Below are positions 1 through 10,457 of a stretch of 32,000 nucleotides of DNA, in pieces; positions within the stretch are counted from its first letter, which is position 1; the number at the start of each line of letters is the position of its first letter. Origin of the DNA: Synechococcus elongatus PCC 6301 (GTDB lineage Bacteria; Cyanobacteriota; Cyanobacteriia; Synechococcales; Synechococcaceae); NCBI RefSeq assembly GCF_000010065.1, contig NC_006576.1, positions 1,410,001 to 1,442,000 of the forward strand, read 5' to 3'. Under the pieces are notes generated by a model. That model was not told where the DNA came from. It did not search any database and worked only from the letters and a program-made list of their open reading frames with translations. The translations under genes were made by a program, and so were the position numbers.

Positions 1-1828
1 AACCGCGATTGCAGCGCAGCAGTGGGCTCTCAGGAGCGATCGCAGCGGCAGCGTCGTAGTCGGCGCAGGATTCGGGGAATTGACCCAGACGATAGTGAAG
101 CACACCTCGGCTAATCAAGTGATCGGCAGTCGCTCCTTGCAACGCGATCGCCTGATTCAGACTGTTCAGCGCAGCGGTCAACTGATTGTCGTAGTACTCC
201 AAACTCGATCGCTCGTGCCAGAACTCCGCTTGCGTGGGGGCTAACTCACAGGCGATCGCGAGGGCTTGGGCCGCACCGGCGTAGTCGCCCTGCTGCTTGA
301 GACTGCGACCTAAAGCGCGATGAAAGGACGGCTCCTCGGGGGCGATCGCCACAGCCTGTCGAATCAACCATTCAGCTCTTGGCCAGTTCTGAGCGGTGAA
401 AGCGCGATCGGCGGCTTGAATCCAATCCGCTATGGATAACTCGCCTCGATAGTCCCAGTGCTGGGGAGCCGGTTGAAACTCAGCCAGCGCCGTTTGGAGT
501 TCCGCAATCGCCCCTGACCAATCACCGGGGCTGGGTTGTCGGAACAGTCGCAGGCTGGGATACCACGGCGTAGTGGCACCAGAAAGTTCCCAGCGCCAAT
601 CGGGAACTGCGGGCAGCAGCACCCAAGTCGGTAGCCCAATCATGCCGCCGAGATGAGCGATCGCCGTATCAACCGTGATCAGTAAGTCCAGATGGGCTAA
701 GCGATCGACGGTGTCCTGAAAATCGCCAATCTCACTGCCGAGATCGAGCAGCGGATCCGAAAGCGTCTGTAAATCCTGCCGTGCCTCATCAACTTGGAGC
801 GAGACAACGTCCCAGCCGGACACCGATAGCACCGACCAGAGCAATGCCAGCGGACAGCTTTTATTAGCGGCAAATTCCGCCGATTGCGCCGGATTGCGAC
901 CCGCGCTCCAAACAAGTCCCAGTCGGGGGCGATCGCTTGCTGGTAGGAAATCACCCTTATGTGGGAAGAAGTAAGGGCCATGCCAAGGCAAGCGGTTGCG
1001 ATCGCTTTGAAAAATCAACATCAGCGACAGCAAAGGCACTTGCCAATCGCAGACAGGTAACTCAGCCCCTTCGGCCAGTACCATGAGTCGATCGTCCGCC
1101 AGCGTTTGAAAGAGCCGGACTAAAGACGGGCTAGTCTGCCAAACGATGCGGGCTTGGGGATAGCGCTGGCGCAGCAGAGGTATCCATCGCGCCCCCATCA
1201 GGCGATCGCCAAAGCCCTGTTCTCCCCAGACCAAGAGCGTTTGTTGATCTAAGTCTTGCCCCTGCCAACGCGGTAGTTTCAGCGAGGCTTCAATTTCGGG
1301 AAAGTGTTGAAGTTGTTGGCAGCGAGCTTCGTAGGCGGGTAGACCAAAGTCCCAGTCCCCGATCGCGAGGGCGGCATGGGCGCTGTTATAGCGAATTTCA
1401 GGGTTGTCGGGATCTGCCTCCAAAAGTTGTTGATAGTCCTGCAGAGCCGTCGCTGGATCGCCGAGTTTTTGCAGGGTAATGGCGCGATTGAAACGAGCTG
1501 CCACATGGGTTGGATCGATCGCCAGCGCTTGAGTAAGCCGCTCTAGGGCTTCAGTGAGGTGGCCCTGCCGTTGCAGGAGATTACCGAGATTGTTGAAGTG
1601 AGTTGGATCCGTGGGATCGAGCGCGATCGCTCGGCGCAGCAGCGTAATTCCAGTCTCTCTCTGGTCGCAGCAGTAATAACACAAACCTTGCAAGCCAAGC
1701 GCAGCCGCCCAATCGGGAACGTCACCGAGCAGCCGATCCAGTTGAGCGATCGCCGCCTCAAACTCTCCCGCTTGATAAGCCGCGATCGCCTGTTGGTAGT
1801 CGTGCTGTGCTGCTGCCGTGATCTGCAC
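1..1828 (-). CDS. TPR-repeat protein with central glycosyltransferase (GT9/ADP-heptosyltransferase-like) region; C-terminus beyond the left edge
   Basis: Manual reverse-strand reading gives one open frame from GTG at 1828 (VQITAAAQHDYQQAIAAYQAGEFEAAIAQLDRLL...) to position 1. TPR-like units: HFNNLGNLLQRQGHLTEALERLTQALAIDPTHVAARFNRAITLQKLGDPATALQDYQQLLEADPDNPEIRYNSAHAAL, then WGEQGFGDRLMGARWIPLLRQRYPQARIVWQ and DLLITVDTAIAHLGGMIGLPTWVLLP, then further TPR-like units. The ORF track shows only other-frame fragments here. Confidence 0.82.
   Translation of the reverse strand, partial: MQITAAAQHDYQQAIAAYQAGEFEAAIAQLDRLLGDVPDWAAALGLQGLCYYCCDQRETGITLLRRAIALDPTDPTHFNNLGNLLQRQGHLTEALERLTQALAIDPTHVAARFNRAITLQKLGDPATALQDYQQLLEADPDNPEIRYNSAHAALAIGDWDFGLPAYEARCQQLQHFPEIEASLKLPRWQGQDLDQQTLLVWGEQGFGDRLMGARWIPLLRQRYPQARIVWQTSPSLVRLFQTLADDRLMVLAEGAELPVCDWQVPLLSLMLIFQSDRNRLPWHGPYFFPHKGDFLPASDRPRLGLVWSAGRNPAQSAEFAANKSCPLALLWSVLSVSGWDVVSLQVDEARQDLQTLSDPLLDLGSEIGDFQDTVDRLAHLDLLITVDTAIAHLGGMIGLPTWVLLPAVPDWRWELSGATTPWYPSLRLFRQPSPGDWSGAIAELQTALAEFQPAPQHWDYRGELSIADWIQAADRAFTAQNWPRAEWLIRQAVAIAPEEPSFHRALGRSLKQQGDYAGAAQALAIACELAPTQAEFWHERSSLEYYDNQLTAALNSLNQAIALQGATADHLISRGVLHYRLGQFPESCADYDAAAAIAPESPLLRCNRG
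36..43. repeat. HIP1 octamer GCGATCGC (one representative of a very frequent genome-wide motif)
   Basis: Exact GCGATCGC. The same palindrome recurs throughout positions 1 to ~30730, within and between genes. Confidence 0.9.
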
Positions 1829-2133
1829 GATCTGAGATTCCGATGCTTCGGGGCTATCATCCCCGATCTCTAGCGGCTCTGCTCATGACCTACTTGAGGT
1901 TCAGCGATCGCGCAATTGTGGGTCTGATTCAGAGGGATGAGGGCGAAAATCCAAACAGCGATCGCCGACAGGAGCTGTTCGTCGCGCCAAGCAAGGCTGC
2001 ATTGGATGGTCGCTGGCAAACAGACAGCGATCGCAATCTTCAATCCGACGAAAGGCACGGGGTTTAATCATGGCCCTACTGTAGCGAGTCTGTTACTCCA
2101 GATCAGGCGATCGCGTTTGATTCACGTCAGTGT

Positions 2134-3522
2134 CTAGCGTGTCTCAGAACGAGCGCGATCGCGGATTTCCTGCAAGCTTTGTCGCCGCACGATCGCACCA
2201 TTTTCAAACACCGTTTGCAGGCAGGATTGCGGGTCAGGCTCTGACGTCAGTAACGAGACTGTTCGGTATTGCCCCTCGCGATCGCGAATTAAATCCAAGC
2301 GTCCTGCTTTGCTAGCCTTGCGCAGATCCGTGGCTGGTCGCTTGCAAATGGGAATCACTTGTCCCGATCGCTCGATCCAGCTGCACTTGTAGGCAAAGCG
2401 TTGGGTATCGCGATTGACCTGCTGCAACAGCCCGCCACCCATGCCAAAAGCGACATTACTGGCACTAAAGCCAGCGGCCATAACCGCTTGCAGAACTTTG
2501 GGCAGACTGTCCACTGTGATCCCATCGCCCTGAATCACCCGCACCGATCGCAAAACTTGATAACCCTTCTGATTGCGATCGCAGCCGAACTTAGCGGCCA
2601 AACGACGCAGTAATTCCGGCACAATCTGCTCAGGATTGCCTGAGTCAGGCCGAATGACAACGGTTGCTCCCGATTGCAAAATGCGATCGCGGAGATCCTC
2701 ACCCCAAAGCTGATCGACGGCATGCCAGAGATCATAGGAGTCCGATACAACAGCCACCACAGATCCCGGATTTGCAAAGCGATCGAGCATATTGCGGTAA
2801 GCATCTAACTCACCCGATGGGCCCCAAGCCGTAATCGTTGAATGCTCCGCCGCCGGAATCGAAAAGCCAGCGATCGCGCAATCGTAATAGCGCTGTCCTG
2901 CCAGTAACGCAGCGATCGTATCAGTGCCTTGAAAGTTGACCAAATGAGCCAGCCCGCCGATTGCAGCACTTTCTTGGCTCGATACCCCGCGTGATCCAAA
3001 GTCATGCAGTTTGAAGTCAATTTCAGCTGCTGGATTTTCGGCTGATTGCTCCAGCGCTTGCTGAATGATTTGCCGAAGCTGCCAACTGCGTGTAGCCACA
3101 GTTATCGGATACCAAACCCGCAGCAGTAGTGTCTCAACCCAAGTGGCCAGCCAAGCCAATTCAGGATCGGTCGATTCCACTGTCAGCAAGATATTGCCGG
3201 TGGGGACAAGGCTACCTTCCGGGACAGCCCGAATTCGTAAAGGTAAATACCCGCCATAGCGATCGCAAACTCGTTGCCAGCCCGCTTGATTGAAAGGCAG
3301 CCCATGCGCTTGAAACAGCGCGGCGGCTTCTTGAATGTCAGCGCTAGTGATTGGCTGGAAGAAATAACGCAGTAGTAGATATTGCAAGCCAAAAAAGAGC
3401 GTGTGCGAGCAATCTCCACCCCGGCTTTCTAAATAAGCTCCGATCGCAGTCGTATCGGCAGGATATTGCAGCCAGTGGCTGACTTTGTATGAGTCGGTAT
3501 CGAACAGAAGATTGAGGTCCAT
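2134..3522 (-). CDS. nadV: Nicotinamide/nicotinate phosphoribosyltransferase (NAMPT-type)
   Basis: 462 aa ORF: MDLNLLFDTDSYKVSHWLQYP, FHDFGSRGVSSQESAAIGG, GDGITVDSLPKVLQA, VAFGMGGGLLQQVNRDTQRFAYKCS. Matches NAMPT/PncB superfamily hallmarks. Next to nadM-Nudix, as in other cyanobacteria. Confidence 0.9.
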   Translation of the reverse strand: MDLNLLFDTDSYKVSHWLQYPADTTAIGAYLESRGGDCSHTLFFGLQYLLLRYFFQPITSADIQEAAALFQAHGLPFNQAGWQRVCDRYGGYLPLRIRAVPEGSLVPTGNILLTVESTDPELAWLATWVETLLLRVWYPITVATRSWQLRQIIQQALEQSAENPAAEIDFKLHDFGSRGVSSQESAAIGGLAHLVNFQGTDTIAALLAGQRYYDCAIAGFSIPAAEHSTITAWGPSGELDAYRNMLDRFANPGSVVAVVSDSYDLWHAVDQLWGEDLRDRILQSGATVVIRPDSGNPEQIVPELLRRLAAKFGCDRNQKGYQVLRSVRVIQGDGITVDSLPKVLQAVMAAGFSASNVAFGMGGGLLQQVNRDTQRFAYKCSWIERSGQVIPICKRPATDLRKASKAGRLDLIRDREGQYRTVSLLTSEPDPQSCLQTVFENGAIVRRQSLQEIRDRARSETR

Positions 3523-3669
3523 AATCAGTTGCGCTCCGCAACGATGAGGTCAAGGACAACTCACCCGGTCTCTCCAGACTGAGCTGTCAGGACAAAATGA
3601 CTACCAAAACAAGAGGCTAAAGCTCTTGAAGTCCAGCTATACAGCGACCTAACACTGATCTCAGCAGCA

Positions 3670-4695
<1,026 letters not shown>

Positions 4696-4837
4696 TCAGA
4701 ACCCCTGAAGTGAAAGCCTGCTTCGATTAGCGTGGCTTGCTTTGAAGGTAACACTGAATTTCGAAAGCTGACAAGGCGATCGCGGCGTCAGCCTATGCAC
4801 ACAATGAAATAGTGAACGGCACAGCTGGATTAAAGCG

Positions 4838-5302
4838 ATGCATTGGCTGATATGGGGATGGTGCTTGCTTCTCCTGTTGGGGAGTCCGAGCTTGCCCGCG
4901 ATCGCGGCGATCCATCACTATCCCGAAGCGGGCGATCGCGAAATGATTCGCTCCTTGCAAAGTCTGCGCGATGCAAGGGATCAATCTTGGCAGGTGATTT
5001 TCTATGAACGTCGCCAAGGCAGCGATCGCCTAGCATCACGGCTGCGCTTAGTGGGGTTTCCAGCGGTGCGGCTCTCGCGACAGACGCCCTTGATCGTGGA
5101 GCAAACCGGACAGCAACTGGCATTGCCCAATGTGACCGATCTGGATGCTCAGCTCAGCGCCAATGTGGCGGAGTTCGATAGCGAAGCGCTATTGCCGCTT
5201 CTCGATCGCGTGACTCCACTGCGGCTGCAGCTCGACCAGGAAGTGGCACTGACGGTGCCGCCGTTTATGGTCAAAGAATGGGCTGCGATCGGGCATGAGT
5301 GA
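4838..5302 (+). CDS. Signal-peptide-containing DUF3122-like protein
   Basis: 154 aa ORF with N-terminal hydrophobic leader (MHWLIWGWCLLLLLGSPSLPAIAA) followed by IHHYPEAGDREMIRSLQSLRDARDQSWQVIFYERR. Family assignment is from memory of cyanobacterial proteins. Overlaps the ribD start by 8 nt. Confidence 0.65.
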   Translation: MHWLIWGWCLLLLLGSPSLPAIAAIHHYPEAGDREMIRSLQSLRDARDQSWQVIFYERRQGSDRLASRLRLVGFPAVRLSRQTPLIVEQTGQQLALPNVTDLDAQLSANVAEFDSEALLPLLDRVTPLRLQLDQEVALTVPPFMVKEWAAIGHE

Positions 5303-6401
5303 TCGCGATCGCCAGTACATGCAGCGCTGTTTGGAACTAGCAGCCCAAGCAGCTGGACAAACCGCCCCCAACCCGATGGTCGGCTGCATCATCGTCCAAG
5401 GCGAGGAAATCGTGGGTGAAGGCTTCCATCCGGCCGCCGGTCAGCCCCATGCCGAAGTGTTTGCCCTGCGACAAGCGGGCGATCGCGCTCGGGGAGCAAC
5501 GCTCTACGTCAATCTTGAACCCTGTAATCACTATGGCCGGACGCCGCCTTGTAGCGAAGCAGTCGTCGCCGCTGGTCTAAAGCGGGTTGTAGTCGGCATG
5601 GTTGACCCTGATCCCCGAGTGACCGGTGGTGGCATTGCGCGACTTCAGCAAGCAGGCATCGAAGTCACGGTCGGCGTCGAGCAAGCCGCCTGTGAGCAAA
5701 TGAATGAAGCGTTTGTTTGGCGGGTGACTCAGCGTCGTCCCTTTGGCATTCTCAAGTACGCCATGACCTTGGATGGCCGGATCGCCGCCAGTACAGGGCA
5801 TAGCGCCTGGGTCAGCAGTCCTGAATCACGTCGCCAAGTTCACTCACTGCGATCGCAAGTGGATGCAGTGATTGTGGGCGGCAATACAGTGCGGCTGGAC
5901 AACCCCCGTCTGACTTGTCATGACATCAGCGATCGCCATCCCCTGCGGGTCGTGATGAGTCGCCGTTTGGATTTGCCGTTAGAGGCTAACCTCTGGCAGA
6001 CCGACATTGCGCCAACACTCGTTTTTACTGAAGAGACTGCCGATCGCGATCGCTGGCGGAAACTCGAAGACCAAGGCGTAGAAGTGGTTGTGCGATCGCC
6101 CCTCACGCCGAGTGAAGTCAGTGCTGAGTTATTCAATCGCGGTCTTTCGACCCTGCTCTGGGAATGTGGCGGTACTTTGGCGGCAGCGGCTTTGCGAGAA
6201 GGTCTGATCCAGAAGCTGCTGGCTTTCATTGCCCCCAAACTCATTGGTGGCCCGCCTGGCTATAGCCCTGTCGGTGATTTGGGTTTACTGCGAATGGATC
6301 AAGCCCTCAAAGTCGAGCGATCGCAGTGGCAAGCGATCGGGCCAGATCTCTGCTGGACCGCCTATCTTGATCTCGTCAGCGGGCAAGAAGGAGTGTCTTA
6401 G
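5295..6401 (+). CDS. ribD: Riboflavin biosynthesis bifunctional deaminase/reductase RibD
   Basis: 368 aa ORF. Deaminase zinc motifs HAEVFAL and PCNHYGRTPPCSEAV; APNPMVGCIIV; reductase part KYAMTLDGRIAASTGHSAWVSS. Confidence 0.96.
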   Translation: MSDRDRQYMQRCLELAAQAAGQTAPNPMVGCIIVQGEEIVGEGFHPAAGQPHAEVFALRQAGDRARGATLYVNLEPCNHYGRTPPCSEAVVAAGLKRVVVGMVDPDPRVTGGGIARLQQAGIEVTVGVEQAACEQMNEAFVWRVTQRRPFGILKYAMTLDGRIAASTGHSAWVSSPESRRQVHSLRSQVDAVIVGGNTVRLDNPRLTCHDISDRHPLRVVMSRRLDLPLEANLWQTDIAPTLVFTEETADRDRWRKLEDQGVEVVVRSPLTPSEVSAELFNRGLSTLLWECGGTLAAAALREGLIQKLLAFIAPKLIGGPPGYSPVGDLGLLRMDQALKVERSQWQAIGPDLCWTAYLDLVSGQEGVS

Positions 6402-6793
6402 GCTCCATCGAAAGCATTCCCGTCCAGCCAGCGGAAGGTAGGCAGCTTGGGTTGATTTTTAACCCCTCACTCAACCAAGCGATCGCCTCAGATCTGTCCC
6501 AGCTTCTATTGCGATTTCACAGCATCAATGGGTTAGGCCACTAACAGGATCAAGGGAAACTACCCGTTCTCTCAACTGGGATCGACAGGCGTAGGCCAAA
6601 ATGCCATGGCAGCAGCAATCGCCCTCACCAAATTGATAGTTACTCAGCCGCAGCGATCGCATTGAGATCAACAGCAACGGAACTATTCCTAATGACGAGT
6701 GAACGAACGGAGCAGACCTTAAGCTTTCCGCAGAGAAAATTGCCGAATCAGGATTGCCTGTGGATACTGGGGGCAGTTTTTTGAACTATCGGT

Positions 6794-8245
6794 ATGACTA
6801 TCGCGAGCCCAGCCGGGTTTCGTCGTTTGCCTCCTTGGCTAGCACGACTGGCGGGCAGTTCAACGCTGAGTGAATCTCAACCTGATCATGCAGCTTGGGT
6901 CTGGCTGGGGGGCGCACTTGTCTGGATGATTCTGGGCATGTGCCTTGGCATGATCGCAGCGATCAAGCTGGCCTACCCCGATTTCTTGGGGGGTGCAGCT
7001 CCCCTCGGCTTTGGTCGAGTGCGCCCCGAACATGTCAACACCATTCTGTTTGGCTGGATTGTTGGTGGCGAAATTGGCGCAGCGCTCTACATCGTGCCGC
7101 GCGTCTGCCAGCGATCGCTCATCTTGGGTGAACTGGGTGCCCTGAGTGGCTGGGCCTATCACATCGCCGTTTTGCTGGGGCTCGTCAGCGTTAGCCTAGG
7201 CTGGACCAAAGGCGCAAAGTACGAGGAATGGGTGCGTGGCATCAACCTAGCGGTGGTGATCACGGTGAATCTCACAGCGCTCTGTTTGGTGCTCACGGCT
7301 TTCGAGCGGCGGGTTAGCGGCCTGTTTGTCAGCGTCTGGTACTTCTTTCTATTCGCGATCGCCTTTGACTTCATCTATATTCCCGCCAACCTCAGTCGTA
7401 ATGCCGGGGCCGAAGGCGCGGTCATCAACTGGTACTACGGCCACAATGCAGTCGGCTCCGTTATGACCGGAGCGGGCTTGGCGATCGCCTATTACGTTGT
7501 GCCACGGCTGCTGAATCGCCAACTGTTTGCCCACGGCATCGCTACCTTGAGCTTCTGGACCTTTGCCGGCTTCTACATCTGGAACGGCGGCCACCACTTA
7601 CTTTATGGTCCGGTACCGCGCTTCATCACGATGATGGGCTATTTCGCAGCCTTTGGTATGACACTGCCCTTTGTCCTGTCGACGGTGTCGCTCTGGGGCA
7701 CTATTTGGGGCCAGTGGCGCGCCATTTTGGACAGCATTGCCGTGCGCTTCGCGGTTCTTGCTGGCTCTGTCTACTTCTGGGCTTCAGCCTCGGGAGCCAT
7801 GCTGGCTTGGCACGAACTCACCGTGATTCAGCATTTCTCTGACAACACGATCGCCCACGTTCACCTCGCCTTCCTCGGCTTCACGACACCAGCCCTGAAT
7901 GCCCTGCTCTATCTGATGGTGGAACGGGGGATGCGCCGGCCACTGATCGCCGTCCTGCAGAAATTGCACTGGTGGATGTTTGTGATTGGCTGCGCGCTCT
8001 ACATCCTGCCGATCTACGGGGCCGCCTTTTTTGAAGGGGTGGGCTGGTTCCAGCAAGTGCCCTTTAGTGAAACCGTTGCCCTGCGCTACCCCTACTACTA
8101 CCTGCGGATGTACAGCGGTCTTTTCCTAATTGGCGGGCAGTTGGCGATGGTTTGGAACCTGATCTATGCCTGGCGATCGCCTGCATTAGAGGCAGTACCG
8201 GCAATCGACTCCCCAGTCTGGCTGGTTCCAGGAGAAGAAGCATGA
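6794..8245 (+). CDS. ccoN: cbb3-type cytochrome c oxidase subunit I (CcoN)
   Basis: 483 aa multi-TM protein with heme-copper oxidase histidine motifs: RPEHVNTILFGWI, YYGHNAVGSVMTG, YIWNGGHHLLYGPVP, IAHVHLAFLG. Confidence 0.9.
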   Translation: MTIASPAGFRRLPPWLARLAGSSTLSESQPDHAAWVWLGGALVWMILGMCLGMIAAIKLAYPDFLGGAAPLGFGRVRPEHVNTILFGWIVGGEIGAALYIVPRVCQRSLILGELGALSGWAYHIAVLLGLVSVSLGWTKGAKYEEWVRGINLAVVITVNLTALCLVLTAFERRVSGLFVSVWYFFLFAIAFDFIYIPANLSRNAGAEGAVINWYYGHNAVGSVMTGAGLAIAYYVVPRLLNRQLFAHGIATLSFWTFAGFYIWNGGHHLLYGPVPRFITMMGYFAAFGMTLPFVLSTVSLWGTIWGQWRAILDSIAVRFAVLAGSVYFWASASGAMLAWHELTVIQHFSDNTIAHVHLAFLGFTTPALNALLYLMVERGMRRPLIAVLQKLHWWMFVIGCALYILPIYGAAFFEGVGWFQQVPFSETVALRYPYYYLRMYSGLFLIGGQLAMVWNLIYAWRSPALEAVPAIDSPVWLVPGEEA

Positions 8246-8994
8246 GACGCCTCTACTTCCTGATCTTCGGCCTCCTCGTCCTCTGTGTGGGTGTGTTCAC
8301 TATCAGCGAGCTCTCGATTCGAATTGCCGGCGACACGGTGCCCTCTCCGGGCTTGCAACCCTATAGCGAAGTTGCCCTGCGGGGCCGCCAAGTCTACATC
8401 GAAAATGGTTGCCTCTACTGCCACACCCAGCAGGTGCGGCCCTTGGGGATCGATTCTCCCTATCTGCACGGCACCCGTCCCTCGCTGCCCAATGACTACG
8501 TCTACGATCGCCCCCATTTGATGGGCACAGAACGGCAAGGGCCGGATCTGACCAACATTGGTCGCAAGTATCTGGGAGCCGAGGGCGCTGTCCAGTTGTC
8601 GATGCTGCTGCGCAATCCGCGTTTGCAATTTGCCAATGCGACGATGCCCAGCTTTGATTTCCTCAGCGATCGCGATCGCTCTGATCTGGTCGTCTACCTA
8701 CAAACGCTCGGGGCCTGGAAGGAACCCTACGACGGCCCTATCGAGCGCTGGACCTACGACTATTTGCGGGATGTCCCCAACCTGACCCAGGAAACGATCG
8801 ATCAGATTGATGGCCTGACGGAAGCGCGGCAGGTCACCACCGTCAACGTGCTGATGTTGGTTTGGTTTGGGCTAGCAGTGGTGTTGCCGTTCTTCTTGGC
8901 TTGGCGCAGTGGTCAATTCCGCGATCTGGAAGCGCCAGCCTTGCAGCTCAGCCAGCAAGCTGAAAACCCGACTGATCCTCGCGCTGGAGAGTGA
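8242..8994 (+). CDS. ccoO: cbb3-type cytochrome c oxidase subunit II (CcoO), mono-heme c
   Basis: Start taken as ATG 8242 (ATGA overlap with the ccoN stop). N-terminal TM helix, then GRQVYIENGCLYCHTQQVRPLG (CxxCH) and GTERQGPDLTNIGRKY; MPSFDFL as plausible Met ligand region. The ORF track starts 90 nt upstream at 8152. Confidence 0.9.
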   Translation: MRRLYFLIFGLLVLCVGVFTISELSIRIAGDTVPSPGLQPYSEVALRGRQVYIENGCLYCHTQQVRPLGIDSPYLHGTRPSLPNDYVYDRPHLMGTERQGPDLTNIGRKYLGAEGAVQLSMLLRNPRLQFANATMPSFDFLSDRDRSDLVVYLQTLGAWKEPYDGPIERWTYDYLRDVPNLTQETIDQIDGLTEARQVTTVNVLMLVWFGLAVVLPFFLAWRSGQFRDLEAPALQLSQQAENPTDPRAGE

Positions 8995-9531
8995 TTGATT
9001 TTGGACTTTCTCCTCAATCGGACCAATTTGCCCTACCCCGATCCACTCCATGCGATCGTGGTGCACTTTGTGATCGCGATGGTGATTATCTCGTTTCTGT
9101 TCGAGGTCATTGGGCTGATCAGCAAACGCCAAAGCCTGCTGAATGCAGGCTGGTGGAACCTGGTGGTGGCGGCGATCGCGATTTTCTTTGCCATTCTTTT
9201 TGGCCAATTTGAAATTGGTTTGGCCCAGCCTTCCCAAGCGGCTCAACCCACCATCAATCGCCATCTCGCTGTGGGCTGGTTGCTGCTGTTGCTGCTGCCC
9301 AACCTAGCCCTCTGGCAGGGCATTGAGCGATCGCGCGATCGCACCCGTATTTCCAAGGGTGTGCTGGCCTTCAAAGCGATCGTGGTCGTGCTGGTCTGCT
9401 ACCAGTTTTTACTGGGCACCACGATGTATTGGGTCTACGGAATCCACGTTGAGCCGGTGGCGACCGCCAGCCGTGCTGAACTGCCTGACGCCGGTGCTGG
9501 GCGTCCTAATCTGACTGGAGAGGTGCGCTGA
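8995..9531 (+). CDS. DUF2231-like multi-TM membrane protein (short paralogue)
   Basis: 178 aa ORF from TTG immediately after the ccoO stop. Several hydrophobic segments; LHAIVVHFVIAMVIISFLFEVIG, WWNLVVAAIAIFFAILFGQFEIGLA, NRHLAVGW. Confidence 0.75.
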   Translation: MILDFLLNRTNLPYPDPLHAIVVHFVIAMVIISFLFEVIGLISKRQSLLNAGWWNLVVAAIAIFFAILFGQFEIGLAQPSQAAQPTINRHLAVGWLLLLLLPNLALWQGIERSRDRTRISKGVLAFKAIVVVLVCYQFLLGTTMYWVYGIHVEPVATASRAELPDAGAGRPNLTGEVR

Positions 9532-10457
9532 TGATCCGGCCATTACTGGCGACGCAACCCGACTGGAGCAGCGGACTGGATCTGGGGCTAAATGGTCTAC
9601 CCTACGCGCTGCCGGTGCATCCCAATCTGGTGCACTTCACGATTGGACTGTTTGCGATCGCCCTGATCTTTGACCTGATTGCCACCAGTCACGGGCTCTT
9701 GCAGCCGATTTACAACCTGCTGCAGATTAAACCCGATCGCGCTGCCTACTACGACCTAGGCTGGTGGAACTTGCTGGCTGCTGCTCTGATCACCTTCGTG
9801 GCCGTGGCCTTCGGCTTCTTCGAAATGCTGCTGGCTGAACCGCCTGCCGGTGCCGTCAGTCCCTGGGGTTTACCGGCGCTGGAGACCATGTATCTGCACG
9901 GCGTCGGCGGTGTTTTTTCCCTGTTCATGATCGTGCTGCTGACCATCTGGCGAGGGCTAGAACGCTATCGTTGGCGAGCGAGGCTCCGCGCTCAAGTCAG
10001 TTTGCGCTACGGTGCTGTGGCCCTGCTGGTTTTAGGCTTCATCAGCATTCAGGCCGAAATGGGGGCACAGCTGGGCGGCACCTTCGGCCTGCACAATACA
10101 GCAGCGCTGCATATCAGCCAAAAACAGTCAGTAGCGACGCTGCAAACCCTGACAATTCCGCCCCGAACGGTTGGCCAAGCGCTCTCCAATCCACCGGCTA
10201 ACTACCCCTTGCCGCGCTGGGAATTCCAAGGCGATCGCCTTTACTACGGCATTCAATCAGTGCTGACCCTGCCAGCGGAGCTTGCCCAGCCTGAGCTGCT
10301 AACGCGGCTGAATGACCATGCGTGGTCGGCGGATGACTTCTCCCTCGTCGGAGATCAAATCTACCTGGGCGATCGCCCGCTCCTACCAGCGGGAACTACC
10401 GGCCAAGCTCAGCTCTATCGCCTCCAAGCCGCTCTCCTCTCGTCGAGTGACCCATGA
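9531..10457 (+). CDS. DUF2231-like multi-TM membrane protein (long paralogue with extra C-terminal domain)
   Basis: 308 aa ORF. VHPNLVHFTIGLFAIALIFDLI, WWNLLAAALITFVAVAFGFFEMLLAEPP, TMYLHGVGG parallel the preceding ORF. Long soluble C-terminal part. Confidence 0.75.
   Translation: MIRPLLATQPDWSSGLDLGLNGLPYALPVHPNLVHFTIGLFAIALIFDLIATSHGLLQPIYNLLQIKPDRAAYYDLGWWNLLAAALITFVAVAFGFFEMLLAEPPAGAVSPWGLPALETMYLHGVGGVFSLFMIVLLTIWRGLERYRWRARLRAQVSLRYGAVALLVLGFISIQAEMGAQLGGTFGLHNTAALHISQKQSVATLQTLTIPPRTVGQALSNPPANYPLPRWEFQGDRLYYGIQSVLTLPAELAQPELLTRLNDHAWSADDFSLVGDQIYLGDRPLLPAGTTGQAQLYRLQAALLSSSDP

Noticed and set aside
430-1860. Apparent broken/pseudogene region because the ORF track lists only short minus-strand pieces
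   Set aside because: Manual reverse-strand reading shows a single open frame (GTG 1828 to the left edge). The short ORFs are in other frames, so this is not a pseudogene.
8152-8241. Upstream in-frame extension of ccoO
   Set aside because: It overlaps the ccoN 3' end in another frame. The natural start is ATG 8242 overlapping the ccoN stop, followed immediately by the TM helix.
6794-8994. Alternative reading of the oxidase pair as nitric oxide reductase NorB/NorC
   Set aside because: The c-type subunit has CcoO-like GRQVYIENGCLYCHTQQVRP and GPDLTNIGRKY motifs rather than NorC signatures. A formal alignment of subunit I would still be worthwhile.
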